Notes: generated by a model from the letters alone, not told the origin. Shown: positions 17,258-27,696, counted from the first letter of the stretch. The stretch is DNA of 64,000 nt from Candidatus Dojkabacteria bacterium (GCA_016932045.1 JAFGDO010000032.1:127612-191611); one strand, 5' to 3'. Made by a program: numbers and translations.

Positions 17258-17854
17258 ATGGCTAAATTTAAATCAAAACTAAACCCTGAAATAGAAGCGA
17301 AATTCTATGATATAGATAAGGATGTTATTCGAGATCATCTAAAAAAGCACAGGTATGAATGTAAATTTCCAGAGCGAAAGATGAGAAGGGTTATATTTGA
17401 TCATCGTGAAAATTCCCAAGTGAAAGCTCATTATATACGGGTAAGAGATGAAGGCGAGGCTGGGATTACGATGAGTGCGAAAATTCATGCAGGAGAAAAT
17501 GGGAGAGTCTTGGACCAAGAGGAGGAAGTTGTGAAAGTTAGTGATTTTGAGAATACCGTAAAAATTCTCAAAGCTTGTGGACTTGAGATTTCGGCTGATC
17601 AAGAAACTTTGAGGGAAACGTGGATTGAAAAAGATGATAGAGGAGAAACAGAAGTTTCAATTGATACATGGCCCATGCTCAAGCCACTTATCGAGATCGA
17701 AACTTATTCAGAAGATAAGCTAAAACAAGTAGCACGGGAGTTAGGGTTTGATTGGAAGGATAGAATCATCACATCGGTTGTCGAGATATATATGAAGGAG
17801 CATGGATGGGATAACAAGGAGGTATTTGAAAATATAAGAAATTTACGATTCTAA
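17258..17854 (+). CDS. CYTH-domain protein (class IV adenylyl cyclase / triphosphate tunnel metalloenzyme family)
   Basis: N-terminal EIEAKF motif (ExExK), later YIRVRDEGE…TMSAKIHAGE…EVSIDTWP…IEIE pattern of CYTH. Confidence 0.7.
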   Translation: MAKFKSKLNPEIEAKFYDIDKDVIRDHLKKHRYECKFPERKMRRVIFDHRENSQVKAHYIRVRDEGEAGITMSAKIHAGENGRVLDQEEEVVKVSDFENTVKILKACGLEISADQETLRETWIEKDDRGETEVSIDTWPMLKPLIEIETYSEDKLKQVARELGFDWKDRIITSVVEIYMKEHGWDNKEVFENIRNLRF

Positions 17855-17921
17855 CAAAATGCATAATGAAAGATGAGATTTAAATAAAAGCATTTATATT
17901 TTTATCATCACGAAGAATATA

Positions 17922-18398
17922 GTGATAGTTAGAGATAGATCAAAATTGAAGACAATTATCGAATCAGCCAAAAGGTCGGGAAAGTCCGTTCTTATCAAAA
18001 AAGGAGTTTTTGATATCATCCATCCTGGACATATTTATGCTATCAATATGTTTAAAGAGGTAGCAAATGTTGTAATAATTTTAACCCAATCTGATGAATT
18101 TACTAGAAAGAAGAAAGGTAATGATCGCCCAATTAATAGCCAGAAACAAAGGGTGGAAGTTGTTGATGGTTTGAAAGGAGTAGATTATACATTTGCAGAT
18201 AAATCGAATTCTAGAGAAGAATATATAAAACTCTTGGAGTATCTAAAACCGACTATAGTTGCGGTTACTTCGGTTAATCCGGAAAAAACACGAGATTATA
18301 CCAGTCCGTTTTGGAAGCTTGTTGAATTTCCAGACAAGAAAAAACCTGGATACTCTTCTACAGAAATTATAGATAAAATAAAGTATTTTAATGGCTGA
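17922..18398 (+). CDS. cytidylyltransferase-fold nucleotidyltransferase resembling HldE/RfaE domain II (sugar-phosphate adenylyltransferase-like)
   Basis: GVFDIIHPGH (HxGH), KKKGNDRPINSQKQRVEVVDGLKGVDYTF aligns with the RfaE-II pattern LKGDSRPVNPLEQR…L..VD.V, C-terminal GYSSTEIIDKI. GTG start. Confidence 0.65.
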   Translation: MIVRDRSKLKTIIESAKRSGKSVLIKKGVFDIIHPGHIYAINMFKEVANVVIILTQSDEFTRKKKGNDRPINSQKQRVEVVDGLKGVDYTFADKSNSREEYIKLLEYLKPTIVAVTSVNPEKTRDYTSPFWKLVEFPDKKKPGYSSTEIIDKIKYFNG

Positions 18399-18918
18399 AT
18401 ACCTAGACATTGTAGATACAAATGGGAATATTGTAGGCAAAGATACAAGGGCAAATTTACACAAAAGCCCTGATAAAATTCATATGACAGTAAATATTTT
18501 GATTGTGAATTCTAAAGGAGAGATTCTTGTTCAACAAAGATCAAAAAATAAGAAATTTGGACCTGGAATCTGGGAAATTTCAGCTGGAGGCCATGTGGAA
18601 AGTGGAAGTACGCCTGATGAGACTGCCAAAAAGGAATTGAAAGAAGAATTGGGAATTGAAGTAGAATTAAAATTTATTGAGAAGAAAGTTTTTAAATTCC
18701 CAGAACAGAGTGAACTTGCTCATCTCTATGTTGGTTATAGCGATGGACCTTTTTGTTTGGAAGAAAATGAAATTGAAAGGGTACACTTTGTTGGCCTTGA
18801 TAAACTAGACGCTTTTCTAATGGCGAGTAATTCTTCTGAAAGTATGCTAGGATATTGGATGGAAGTTATAAAGGCAAAGAAGGATATGATATTTAAAAAC
18901 AAAAATTTAGGAATTTAA
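18391..18918 (+). CDS. Nudix hydrolase
   Basis: Nudix box GGHVESGSTPDETAKKELKEELGIEV. Overlaps the upstream gene by 8 nt. Confidence 0.85.
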   Translation: MAEYLDIVDTNGNIVGKDTRANLHKSPDKIHMTVNILIVNSKGEILVQQRSKNKKFGPGIWEISAGGHVESGSTPDETAKKELKEELGIEVELKFIEKKVFKFPEQSELAHLYVGYSDGPFCLEENEIERVHFVGLDKLDAFLMASNSSESMLGYWMEVIKAKKDMIFKNKNLGI

Positions 18919-18949
18919 GAATCAAGAAATTATATTTTACAATTGTGTT

Positions 18950-21049
18950 GTGCCAAGTTTAGACTCTTTAATAAAACCAAAATCAGTAGCAGTTATAGGA
19001 GCGTCAAGAGATAGAAGCAAACTGGGGAGATTAGTTCTCGATAATATTGTAAATCAAAAATATCGAGGAAAAATTTTCCCTGTGAATCCTAAAGCAAATG
19101 TAGTAGGAAGCTTGAGATGTTATAAGAGTATAAAAGCGATTCCGGGTAAGGTTGATCTTGCTATTATTGCTATCCCAGCTCAGTTTGTTCTTCCGGTAGT
19201 GAGAGAGTGTTGTGAAAAGAAGGTGTGTAGTATCGCCATTATCTCTGCAGGATTTTCTGAAACAGGACATGAGGGGTTGGTGGAAGAGTATAAGATCAAG
19301 GAACTTGTTGAAAAGTATGGAGTGAATCTTCTTGGGCCAAATTGCCTTGGAATAATCTCGTCAGAGGTAAATTTAAACGCTACGTTTGCAAAGAATAAAA
19401 TGAACAAAGGGAGTATTGCTTTTCTATCTCAATCCGGAGCTTTAGGAACAGCAGCTTTGGACTGGGCAGAAGGAACAGGGGTAGGATTCTCTCATTTCGT
19501 TTCTCTTGGCAATAAAGCGAACCTTTCTGAAAATGACTTTTTAGAGTACTTTTCAAGGGATAAAGATGTTAAAGCCCTGGCTTACTATTTAGAAGATTTT
19601 TCTGATGGAAGACGCTTTATGCAGCTTGCAGCAAAAGCCGGTAAACCAATTGTGGTTTTGAAGCCCGGAAAGTCTGAGGCTGCACAAAAAGCTCTCGGCT
19701 CACATACAGGGTCACTTGCTCAGGATGACATGATTGTTTCCTCGGCATTAACTCAAGCTAGGGTACTTAGGGTTAGATCTATTGAAGAGCTATTTAATGT
19801 TATTCGTCTACTTTCAGCTGAGAAGAAGTTGAAAGGCAATAATATTGCCATAGTGACAAATGCCGGCGGACCGGGAGTGTTTACAACTGATGCAATTGAA
19901 GGGGCAGACTTGAACCTTGCCACTCTTTCAAATTCTGTCCAAAAAAGGCTCGCACTTAAACTTCCTGCAGCTGCCAATGTCAAAAATCCTGTTGACGTTT
20001 TGGGCGACGCTCTTGCTGATAGATTCAGAGTTGCGCTTGAACTTGTAGAAAAGGATGAGAGTGTTGATGGTGTAATTGTCATTCTGACTCCCCAGGTTAT
20101 GACCGAAATAGGTAAAACTGCAGAAATTATTACAGCAATAGCAAAAAAAAGCAGAAAGTTTGTGATCCCGGTATTCATGGGGGGAGAGGAGGTAATAGGA
20201 GGCAGGAAGATCTTTGACAAAAATTTAGTTACATATTTCAATTATCCCGAAGATGCAGTAAGGGCTTTAAGTTATCTTTATAAAGCAAGAAGGAAACTCG
20301 TTGGAAAAAGATTTAAGGTCAAAGTAAGTGAGGCAAAGGCGAAAAGACTCATGAAGGGAATTGGCGGGCCAATGGATACACAGTTAGCCGAGAGGATTTT
20401 AAAGCTCTACAAGATACCTTTACTTGAGTCACATTTCCCGCAGGATATAGCTGCGGCCAGAAGATATGCTTCCAAACTTGAATATCCGGTTGTTATGAAA
20501 CTAATTCATCCTGAGCTTTTGCACAAGACAGATGTGAATGCCGTTAGGTTAAATATTGAAGATGACAAGCAGCTTGATGCAGCCTTTAATGAGCTGAAGA
20601 ATCTAGGTATCAAGCTTGAACTTGCTGGTGCCAGAATTCAAATGCAGCATTTCGTAAAGGGCGCTCTTGAACTTATTGTTGGAGTCAGACGCGACAAGGA
20701 TCAGTATGTCGATATAAAGGGGGAGCAACTTATCAGAAAGATGGGTTTTGGACATTGTATAGTTTTTGGAATGGGAGGAATATATACCGAGGTTTATAAA
20801 GACATAGCACTAGGCATTGCGCCGCTTTCAATTTCGCAAATAAATGATTTGATAAGTAAAACTAAGGTGAGCCAGATACTCGAAGGCGCAAGGGGAAAGA
20901 AATACAATAAGGATAAAGTAATTGAAGTTATCGCAAGCTTAAGTCAGCTTGTGACGGATTTCCCGCAGTTTGCCGAAATTGATATAAACCCGCTTTTTGC
21001 TAAAGGCAGGGGAGTGTGGGTAGTTGACGTAAAGATGATTGTTTGGTGA
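18950..21049 (+). CDS. acetate--CoA ligase (ADP-forming), fused alpha/beta
   Basis: N-terminal CoA-binding fold (KSVAVIGASRDRSKLG), succinyl-CoA-synthetase-like middle and C-terminal ATP-grasp, about 700 aa fused type. GTG start. Confidence 0.8.
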   Translation: MPSLDSLIKPKSVAVIGASRDRSKLGRLVLDNIVNQKYRGKIFPVNPKANVVGSLRCYKSIKAIPGKVDLAIIAIPAQFVLPVVRECCEKKVCSIAIISAGFSETGHEGLVEEYKIKELVEKYGVNLLGPNCLGIISSEVNLNATFAKNKMNKGSIAFLSQSGALGTAALDWAEGTGVGFSHFVSLGNKANLSENDFLEYFSRDKDVKALAYYLEDFSDGRRFMQLAAKAGKPIVVLKPGKSEAAQKALGSHTGSLAQDDMIVSSALTQARVLRVRSIEELFNVIRLLSAEKKLKGNNIAIVTNAGGPGVFTTDAIEGADLNLATLSNSVQKRLALKLPAAANVKNPVDVLGDALADRFRVALELVEKDESVDGVIVILTPQVMTEIGKTAEIITAIAKKSRKFVIPVFMGGEEVIGGRKIFDKNLVTYFNYPEDAVRALSYLYKARRKLVGKRFKVKVSEAKAKRLMKGIGGPMDTQLAERILKLYKIPLLESHFPQDIAAARRYASKLEYPVVMKLIHPELLHKTDVNAVRLNIEDDKQLDAAFNELKNLGIKLELAGARIQMQHFVKGALELIVGVRRDKDQYVDIKGEQLIRKMGFGHCIVFGMGGIYTEVYKDIALGIAPLSISQINDLISKTKVSQILEGARGKKYNKDKVIEVIASLSQLVTDFPQFAEIDINPLFAKGRGVWVVDVKMIVW

Positions 21050-21091
21050 ATTCTAATAGCTAAAGATTCTTTCTAATTTGCGATTTTGCAC

Positions 21092-21577
21092 CTATACAGT
21101 TTCAAATACTTTTTTCAGGATGTCGTTCTTTCCGATTTTGACGTAGTTTCCTGCAATAAAAAAGGCAAAACTCTTGCCAATATCGTTTTTTATCAGTTTG
21201 TTTAGGAGAGAGATGTCCTCTTCTGGACACATAATTACAAGTTTGTTTAGAGTGTTATTTTGGAAATTCTCTTCAATTGATTTAAGAGCTTCTTTATAGA
21301 ATCTCTTTTGAAATTCCTTTCTGACATTCTGTTCATCGGATATTCCGCCTCCTGATGAACCTTTGAAATAACCAGCTTGATCTTCATAAATAGGCAGAGT
21401 TGTAACAAGATCTCCTTCATTCACACCGTCATCTTTGATACTCAAGAATTTTGCGTGTTTTTCGTCGAGTATGAGAATACCAAAGCTATCGAGTCGTTTT
21501 CTGGCTTTGGATACATTAAAAGCAAAATTAATTTTTGCCATTAAGAGGAAATAAAAAGTAATATTATATTTGGACAT
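21092..21577 (-). CDS. hypothetical protein
   Basis: 161-aa ORF with no motif recognised by eye (GSSGGGISDEQN glycine-rich loop). Confidence 0.45.
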   Translation of the reverse strand: MSKYNITFYFLLMAKINFAFNVSKARKRLDSFGILILDEKHAKFLSIKDDGVNEGDLVTTLPIYEDQAGYFKGSSGGGISDEQNVRKEFQKRFYKEALKSIEENFQNNTLNKLVIMCPEEDISLLNKLIKNDIGKSFAFFIAGNYVKIGKNDILKKVFETV

Positions 21578-21673
21578 TTTCCCATGGTTGAAGTTCTATT
21601 GCAAATCGCTGATAACCTAAATCCATATTGTCACGGTGGCTCCAACCGGAGATTGGAACCGGCTTCAGGATCT

Positions 21674-21700
21674 GGCCATATGACCATCCAGCCATGCGAC
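21674..21700 (+). repeat. family A copy 2
   Basis: GGCCATATGACCATCCAGCCATGCGAC. Confidence 0.5.
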
Positions 21701-21708
21701 AAAGGTTC

Positions 21709-22911
21709 TTATCTATTATAACGTCTGGGAACAGTCCGAGTTTCACCTCCTGCGATTATCATACTCGCGATAAGTGAGGTTATAGGAACAGCAAGAATAA
21801 GCCCGATACTTCCAACAAGGGTTCGTACAATTTCTTCGGCAACCATTTCTGTATTTATTATCTCTTGTGAACTAGCACCTGATGCCATAAAGAGCATCAC
21901 AAGGGGGAGAGCAGAACCAGTGTAGGCGAGAACAAGGGTATTTACCATAGAGGCGATATGATCTTTTCCAACTTTCATGGATCTTGCAAAAAGTTCTTTC
22001 CAGGAAAAAGAGGGGTTTGCATTAAATAGTTCAACTATTGTTGAGACTTGGCTTACAGTAATGTCATCTAAAATTCCAATTCCTCCAATGATTAAACTTG
22101 CTAGCAGAACTCCCTGCATGTTAATTGGTTTATCAATGAGCTGGATAAGGAAAGTAGCTTCCTCTGTTGAGTATCCAGTTAGGCGTGATGCTTGTGTGTA
22201 TATTCCGGCTAAAATTGCAGTGATGATTAATGAAATTACTGTTCCGATAAGAGCGATAGAAGTTTTTCTATTAAATCCATGTGAAAGATATATTGACACT
22301 GTCATTATGAGAGAACCTCCAAGTACACTAGCCAGAATTGGACTTGTGCCCGAGAGCATGAGAGGAAGGACCAGTAGTAATAGAACTACGAAGCTGATGC
22401 CAAGGCCAGCAAGAGAACTTAAGCCCTGAAGACCACCTACAGCAACAACAAATACAATAAATATAATGACAAGAGTCAAAAGAGAGGTTCCGCGAATAGG
22501 TTCCTTTATATAATATTGCGTTTCACCGCCCACTTTTGTCTCTACAAGGTAGACTTTTTTCCCTACTTTATAGTTCAAACTGGGAAGTTTTGGATCGTCT
22601 GCAATAGAGGCTATGCTTTCGACCTGTTCACCCTTTTTATCGCCGGTTTGAATTTCAAGTTTAAAAAAGTAACAGTCTCCTTCGCCGATATTATCAGGAC
22701 AGCTTTCAATGAGAAGTTCCGTTATCTTGGCTTTATACTTAATTTCCCGATCTTCAGTTCCATTTGATGGTTCTTCTATAGGAGCTTCTGTACTTTCCGT
22801 CTCTTCAGCTTCAGTTTCATTAGAATTTTCTTCTTGGGCTAATATACTGGTAGGAAAGAAAAGTAGGAGAGTGAAGAAAAATATAATTGTGGAAAAAATA
22901 GTTTTTTTCAA
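21709..22911 (-). CDS. polytopic membrane protein with N-terminal signal peptide and acidic secreted segment (possibly YibE/F-like)
   Basis: Signal peptide MKKTIFSTIIFFFTLLLFFPTSILA, acidic low-complexity region, then at least 7 hydrophobic helices. Confidence 0.6.
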   Translation of the reverse strand: MKKTIFSTIIFFFTLLLFFPTSILAQEENSNETEAEETESTEAPIEEPSNGTEDREIKYKAKITELLIESCPDNIGEGDCYFFKLEIQTGDKKGEQVESIASIADDPKLPSLNYKVGKKVYLVETKVGGETQYYIKEPIRGTSLLTLVIIFIVFVVAVGGLQGLSSLAGLGISFVVLLLLVLPLMLSGTSPILASVLGGSLIMTVSIYLSHGFNRKTSIALIGTVISLIITAILAGIYTQASRLTGYSTEEATFLIQLIDKPINMQGVLLASLIIGGIGILDDITVSQVSTIVELFNANPSFSWKELFARSMKVGKDHIASMVNTLVLAYTGSALPLVMLFMASGASSQEIINTEMVAEEIVRTLVGSIGLILAVPITSLIASMIIAGGETRTVPRRYNR

Positions 22912-23165
22912 GGTGGCTGTATTTTCTCAAATTTTTGAAGTGGGTTCAAATGTTAGTGATCTGGGAAAGGTTATCTTCCAGGAGATAGGTCTCTGTAGGA
23001 GCAAGTAAGTTTTGCACAGTTGGACGGTATTTGTCATGTAAAACGTGGCCTGCGGCTTCCTGTCTACCTGTTCAGACAGGCGTAGCCAGGCAAACAGGGA
23101 AGATTGAACAGGCGGGGAAAAAATGCTAGTATTTATATAATATATTTTTTAAAGATTTTTATCTG

Positions 23166-23786
23166 ATGACTGACACTGAAAGAGAGGGGAAGGAGAAAGG
23201 TTACACTGAGAGGTGTGAACAGTGCTTGGCAGCAATAAAACCAGTGGTTGAGCTCTGCGGTCAAGGTAGGTACCAAGCAGCGTACTGGCAAATCTCCGGA
23301 GCAATAGAAAAACTGGAAGCTATTGAGGGACTGCATGTGCCTGAAGGTACAACTCACTTTGTTTATGAAGAGTTGACCGATGAACAGGTTATTGAACGTT
23401 GGAAATATATTGTTACTGAAGATGTTGCAACGAAGCTATATACAAGGGCTGGTTACTGGGAAGGTCGGTTGATGTTTCCATTGGTTTTAGATTGGAGAAT
23501 TCTTCGCCTTTTAAGAGACAATGACGTCGACTTTATATCTAGAGCCGAAGCAGGAGATGAAGAAGTATATAAACTTGTTAAGCAGAATCCTCTTTTATAT
23601 AGGCTTTTTGTTGAACTTTTCATTGAAGAAAGCTTACACGCTGCTCAAGGTATGAATGGAGGTCCTCTAATGGGAGATAAGGATCCAGAACGAGATGTGA
23701 CGAGATATATGATTGATAAAGGGATAGAACTTACAGATGAATTTCTAGGTGCTTATGGAGGAAGAAGAAGATCCTTAGTGGAATGA
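23166..23786 (+). CDS. hypothetical protein (atypical composition)
   Basis: 206-aa ORF, Lys-poor, preceded by a GC-rich structured leader. Confidence 0.5.
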   Translation: MTDTEREGKEKGYTERCEQCLAAIKPVVELCGQGRYQAAYWQISGAIEKLEAIEGLHVPEGTTHFVYEELTDEQVIERWKYIVTEDVATKLYTRAGYWEGRLMFPLVLDWRILRLLRDNDVDFISRAEAGDEEVYKLVKQNPLLYRLFVELFIEESLHAAQGMNGGPLMGDKDPERDVTRYMIDKGIELTDEFLGAYGGRRRSLVE

Positions 23787-23814
23787 GGCTTTGCATAGTC
23801 AGAAAGGTTTATTC

Positions 23815-24681
23815 TTACTCAAATTCCTCGATAAATCCCTTTATAGAATATTGTTTAACTTCCTGGATTGGAGTAGTTTTTCTATTTTTTCTGTATGTCA
23901 ATTTTTCAGAGTAGGGTACACTTTTTTTGTCTTGATATAGAATTCCTGTAGCAATTCTTTCCTCCACATCCTTTGCTATATCGAAAGCCTTATCCCAATC
24001 CGAAGGATTATAATTCTTTTTATCCTCGAGTTTATATACTCTCTCTTGGAACCACTGGAATGTATTTACCTTATTAAAAGTAACACAAGGCTGAAGAATT
24101 TCAAGGAATGAGAAACCCTTGTGTTTCACAGCTGCTTTCATGAGCTTAACTAGTTGAACCGGATCTCCAGCAAAACCACGTGCTACAAATGTAGCTTTTG
24201 ATATAAGCGCTACGTGAGCAGGAGTGATTGACTCTTCAACTATTCCTCCTGGAGCAGTTTTACCTGGTTCACCCTTCTTTGTAGTTACAGTTTGTTGCCC
24301 TGTGGTCAGCCCGAACCTTTGGTTATTATGCATGATCACCGTAATGTTATAATTGCTTCTTGCGGCCCACATCAGGTGGGTTACTCCTTCTTCCATGATT
24401 CCTCCGTCGCCTCCTGTAGAAATCACTGTAAGATCTGGATTTGCTATTTTTATGGCAGTTGCAACCGGAACAGTCCTGCCGTGCAGAGATTTGAATCCGT
24501 AAGAATTCAACTTATCTGCCATATTGCCTGCGCAGCCAATGTCATAGGTTATGACGACTTCATTTGGTTCTTTACCCATCTCAGCAAGGGCTTGTTTCAG
24601 GCTGTTCCACAGTGCAAAGTTGCCGCATCCCGGGCACCAGTTAGGTTCAATGGTTGTATTGTAATCTGATACTTGAGCCAT
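23815..24681 (-). CDS. korB: 2-oxoacid:ferredoxin oxidoreductase beta subunit (TPP-binding)
   Basis: NWCPGCGNFA near N-terminus, TPP-binding GGDGG…N region. Confidence 0.85.
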   Translation of the reverse strand: MAQVSDYNTTIEPNWCPGCGNFALWNSLKQALAEMGKEPNEVVITYDIGCAGNMADKLNSYGFKSLHGRTVPVATAIKIANPDLTVISTGGDGGIMEEGVTHLMWAARSNYNITVIMHNNQRFGLTTGQQTVTTKKGEPGKTAPGGIVEESITPAHVALISKATFVARGFAGDPVQLVKLMKAAVKHKGFSFLEILQPCVTFNKVNTFQWFQERVYKLEDKKNYNPSDWDKAFDIAKDVEERIATGILYQDKKSVPYSEKLTYRKNRKTTPIQEVKQYSIKGFIEEFE

Positions 24682-24749
24682 AGTATAAAACTCTAAATTC
24701 TAATATTTAAGTTCCCAAATAACTATGCAACTATTTAACTATGTATTTC

Positions 24750-26492
24750 TTACACCTTATGCTTCAAGGCTTCCACAAGTTCATCTCTAAAGAATGGTGT
24801 TCCTACGTATTTTGTCATCTTTGATTTTATCTCAATTCCGGTCTCGGCCCTTATAAGCTGTGCTAGTTGAGCAGAATAATTATTTTCAACTGCAATCAAT
24901 TTATTCTTACCAGCAAGCCTTTTTATAGTTTCATGCTTTACAGGATATACATATGTGTAGTGAAGCATATTTACCTTTGATTTCCCGGCATTTATGTCTT
25001 TAAGAGCGTCAAGAATCGGGCCCTTCTGAGAGCCCCAGCATACAATTGTTGTCCTTGCATTTTTAGGTCCAAGAAGCTTTGGTTCAGGAAGTTCAGACAT
25101 GATGCCCTGAACCTTTCTCATTCTTTTTTCCATCATTTGTTTTCTTGTGAGAAGATCTTCGGTAGAGTATCCCTTTTCATCGTGTTCATCACTATTTGCA
25201 AGGAAAACTCCCCTTTTTGATCCTGGTAGTGATCGCGGAGATATTCCCGAAACTGTAAATTTGTACCGCTTGAAATCTATTTGGCTTGCAAGTTCCTGCC
25301 TGCTTAATATCTGTCCTCTTTGAACTTTTATCTTTGTATCTTTAAACTTCTTCGTTTGATACCAGCTTTCAGATAGGTACTTGTCAAGCAAAATTATTAC
25401 TAAAGTTTGGTATTTTTCAGCTAAGTTAAAGGCTTCGGGTACAAGCGAGAATACCTCATCAATATCTCCTGGTGCTAGTATGATCCTCGGAAATTCTCCA
25501 TGCCCGATTCTTGAGACAAAGGATAGATCTCCCTGTTCAGTCCAAGTAGGAACGCCTGTTGCAGGACCCGGCCGTTGAGAATTAAAAACAACTAATGGCG
25601 TTTCAGTGATCCCTGCAAGTGCTAAACTTTCAGTCATAAGTGCAAGTCCGCCTCCGCTTGTTCCGCATGCTGATCTTGTTCCGGCAAAACTTGCGCCAAT
25701 TGTCATTTGTATGGCAGTTATTTCGTCCTCGGCCTGTTTCACAATTATCCCTGTCTTATCCGTTCTTTGAGCAAGATACTGAAGAATTCCTGTTGAAGGG
25801 GTCATTGGGTAGGCACAATATACTCTACATCCCGAAGCATATACGGAAAGACCGGCAACCTCATTACCAGTACCTATTATTCGATCCTCACTTTCTTTAT
25901 GATCAAGATCAAAAGAAGATATCTCGTGTATCTTTACAGCTGCTCTAACATGATCAAAACCCCCTTTTGTACAAGCAAGATTTGTTTCTATGTTCTTCGC
26001 TTTTTTACCGAATATACTTTTCACCTGGTTTTCTAGGAATTTATATTCAGAGGTAAGTATAGCCCACATTCCACCTATCATAACGGAATTTTCCATTACC
26101 GGAAGACCTTTATTCTTTTTTACAATTTCTTCAAGTGGGAGTTGCACAAGCTGGATTTTCCTATCTTCAAGTGCTTTTTGAACTCTTGGTCTTATTTCAA
26201 ATGTTTTTCCGTATAACAATAGCCCTTTTACGGCAATTTCTTCGTAATGAAGATTTATTGTTTCCTCGTTTAGTGCAACAAGTATATCAACGATTTGATT
26301 TGAAGAATGGATCTTTTCATCTGAAATATCAATCTGGAATGTAGAATGTCCCCCTCGGATTAGTGAAGGGTATTCGCTATAGGAGAACGTCCACCAGCCA
26401 AGGCTCTTTAGAGCTTTTGTAAGTATGTAGCCTGCGGTTTTTACTCCCTGTCCAGCAGCACCACCGATTTTTAATGCAATTGATTGTTTCAT
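24750..26492 (-). CDS. korA: 2-oxoacid:ferredoxin oxidoreductase alpha subunit with N-terminal gamma-type domain
   Basis: IGGAAGQGVKTAG (gamma-domain motif) followed by alpha-subunit core. Start likely ATG at 26492 (MKQSIALK) rather than the ORF-track start 26564. Confidence 0.8.
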   Translation of the reverse strand: MKQSIALKIGGAAGQGVKTAGYILTKALKSLGWWTFSYSEYPSLIRGGHSTFQIDISDEKIHSSNQIVDILVALNEETINLHYEEIAVKGLLLYGKTFEIRPRVQKALEDRKIQLVQLPLEEIVKKNKGLPVMENSVMIGGMWAILTSEYKFLENQVKSIFGKKAKNIETNLACTKGGFDHVRAAVKIHEISSFDLDHKESEDRIIGTGNEVAGLSVYASGCRVYCAYPMTPSTGILQYLAQRTDKTGIIVKQAEDEITAIQMTIGASFAGTRSACGTSGGGLALMTESLALAGITETPLVVFNSQRPGPATGVPTWTEQGDLSFVSRIGHGEFPRIILAPGDIDEVFSLVPEAFNLAEKYQTLVIILLDKYLSESWYQTKKFKDTKIKVQRGQILSRQELASQIDFKRYKFTVSGISPRSLPGSKRGVFLANSDEHDEKGYSTEDLLTRKQMMEKRMRKVQGIMSELPEPKLLGPKNARTTIVCWGSQKGPILDALKDINAGKSKVNMLHYTYVYPVKHETIKRLAGKNKLIAVENNYSAQLAQLIRAETGIEIKSKMTKYVGTPFFRDELVEALKHKV

Positions 26493-26778
26493 GGCAGTTT
26501 TTAAAATGCTTCCTATAGAATAGAGGAAAAGGGGGGAGAGGTCAAGTGGGGAAGCTAGTAGCAAATTGCGAGCAGGATACGGCTGACATATATAAGATAT
26601 TGGATTGAAGATTGATAATTGTAGGTTGGTATATTGTCAGATCGTCGGATGACCTGATATTTGTATTGTTAATTGCTAATTTTAAATTCTTAATTGAATA
26701 ATCGTATCTTAAGATAGTTGCATATATAACTGTGGGTATAGTTTTTTGTTGCTATTTGCTGTAGAATCACTCCTAGTG

Positions 26779-27696
26779 ATGACAATCTCTCAACTACTAC
26801 AAAGAGGTAGTAAAATTTTGAGTAAAAAGTCCCATACCCCTGAGCTTGACTCTGAAGTATTATTAGCTTTTGCCCTTGCTAAGAGCAAATCTTACTTACT
26901 TTCCCACGGAGAACAATCCGTTTCTCCGGCCAAAACCAAAAAGTTTCTCAAACTTATTTCTAAAAGATTAAAGCGTGAACCTATCGCTTATCTTGCGAAT
27001 AAAAAGGAATTCTACGGTTTAGATTTTTATGTGGATCGCGATGTTTTGATTCCAAGGCCCGAGACAGAACAGCTTGTTGATATGGCCTACGATGTTATTG
27101 TTTCTCTATTTAAAAAAGGACAAAAAGAGATCAGAATAATTGATGTCGGGACAGGGTGTGGCAACATTGCAATAGCGTTAATCCACAAGATCATTGAACA
27201 ACGATTGAATAAAAAGGTCGTATTTACAATTTACCTGTCAGATATCTCAGGTAAAGCGCTGGAAATTGCTCGAAAGAATTATAAAAAAATAATAAAGGAT
27301 AAAGATAGCTTTAAGGTGAATTTTGTTAAGAGCGATCTTCTTTCTGGTATGGGATGCTGCTTTGACATTATAGTTTCCAATCCCCCTTATATCCCCAAAA
27401 GGCAGATAGAATATCTTGAACCAAATGTCAGAGATTTTGAACCAAAGGTAGCGCTTGATGGGGGAGTGGGAGGAATAGAAATTATAAAAAAGTTAATATT
27501 CCAGTCGATTGATAGGCTAAAAGAAGGCAGCGTGCTTATATTTGAAATGCATGAAAAGCATCCGAATGAGATAAAGTATTATCTTGAGGAGAATTTTCCT
27601 GAATGGAAAGCTGATTTTCACAAAGATTGCTTTGGCATGTGGAGGTTTGCGAAGGTTAGTAAGCAAAAAATAGCTAACAGTCAAACAGTCGGATAG
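26779..27696 (+). CDS. prmC: release factor glutamine N5-methyltransferase
   Basis: IIDVGTGCGNIAIAL (motif I) and NPPY catalytic motif (VSNPPYI). Start probably ATG 26779; the ORF-track start is TTG 26746. Confidence 0.85.
   Translation: MTISQLLQRGSKILSKKSHTPELDSEVLLAFALAKSKSYLLSHGEQSVSPAKTKKFLKLISKRLKREPIAYLANKKEFYGLDFYVDRDVLIPRPETEQLVDMAYDVIVSLFKKGQKEIRIIDVGTGCGNIAIALIHKIIEQRLNKKVVFTIYLSDISGKALEIARKNYKKIIKDKDSFKVNFVKSDLLSGMGCCFDIIVSNPPYIPKRQIEYLEPNVRDFEPKVALDGGVGGIEIIKKLIFQSIDRLKEGSVLIFEMHEKHPNEIKYYLEENFPEWKADFHKDCFGMWRFAKVSKQKIANSQTVG

Noticed and set aside
21564-21746. 60-aa minus-strand ORF
   Set aside because: Spans the intergenic family-A repeat between two real genes. Too short, and explained by the repeat element.
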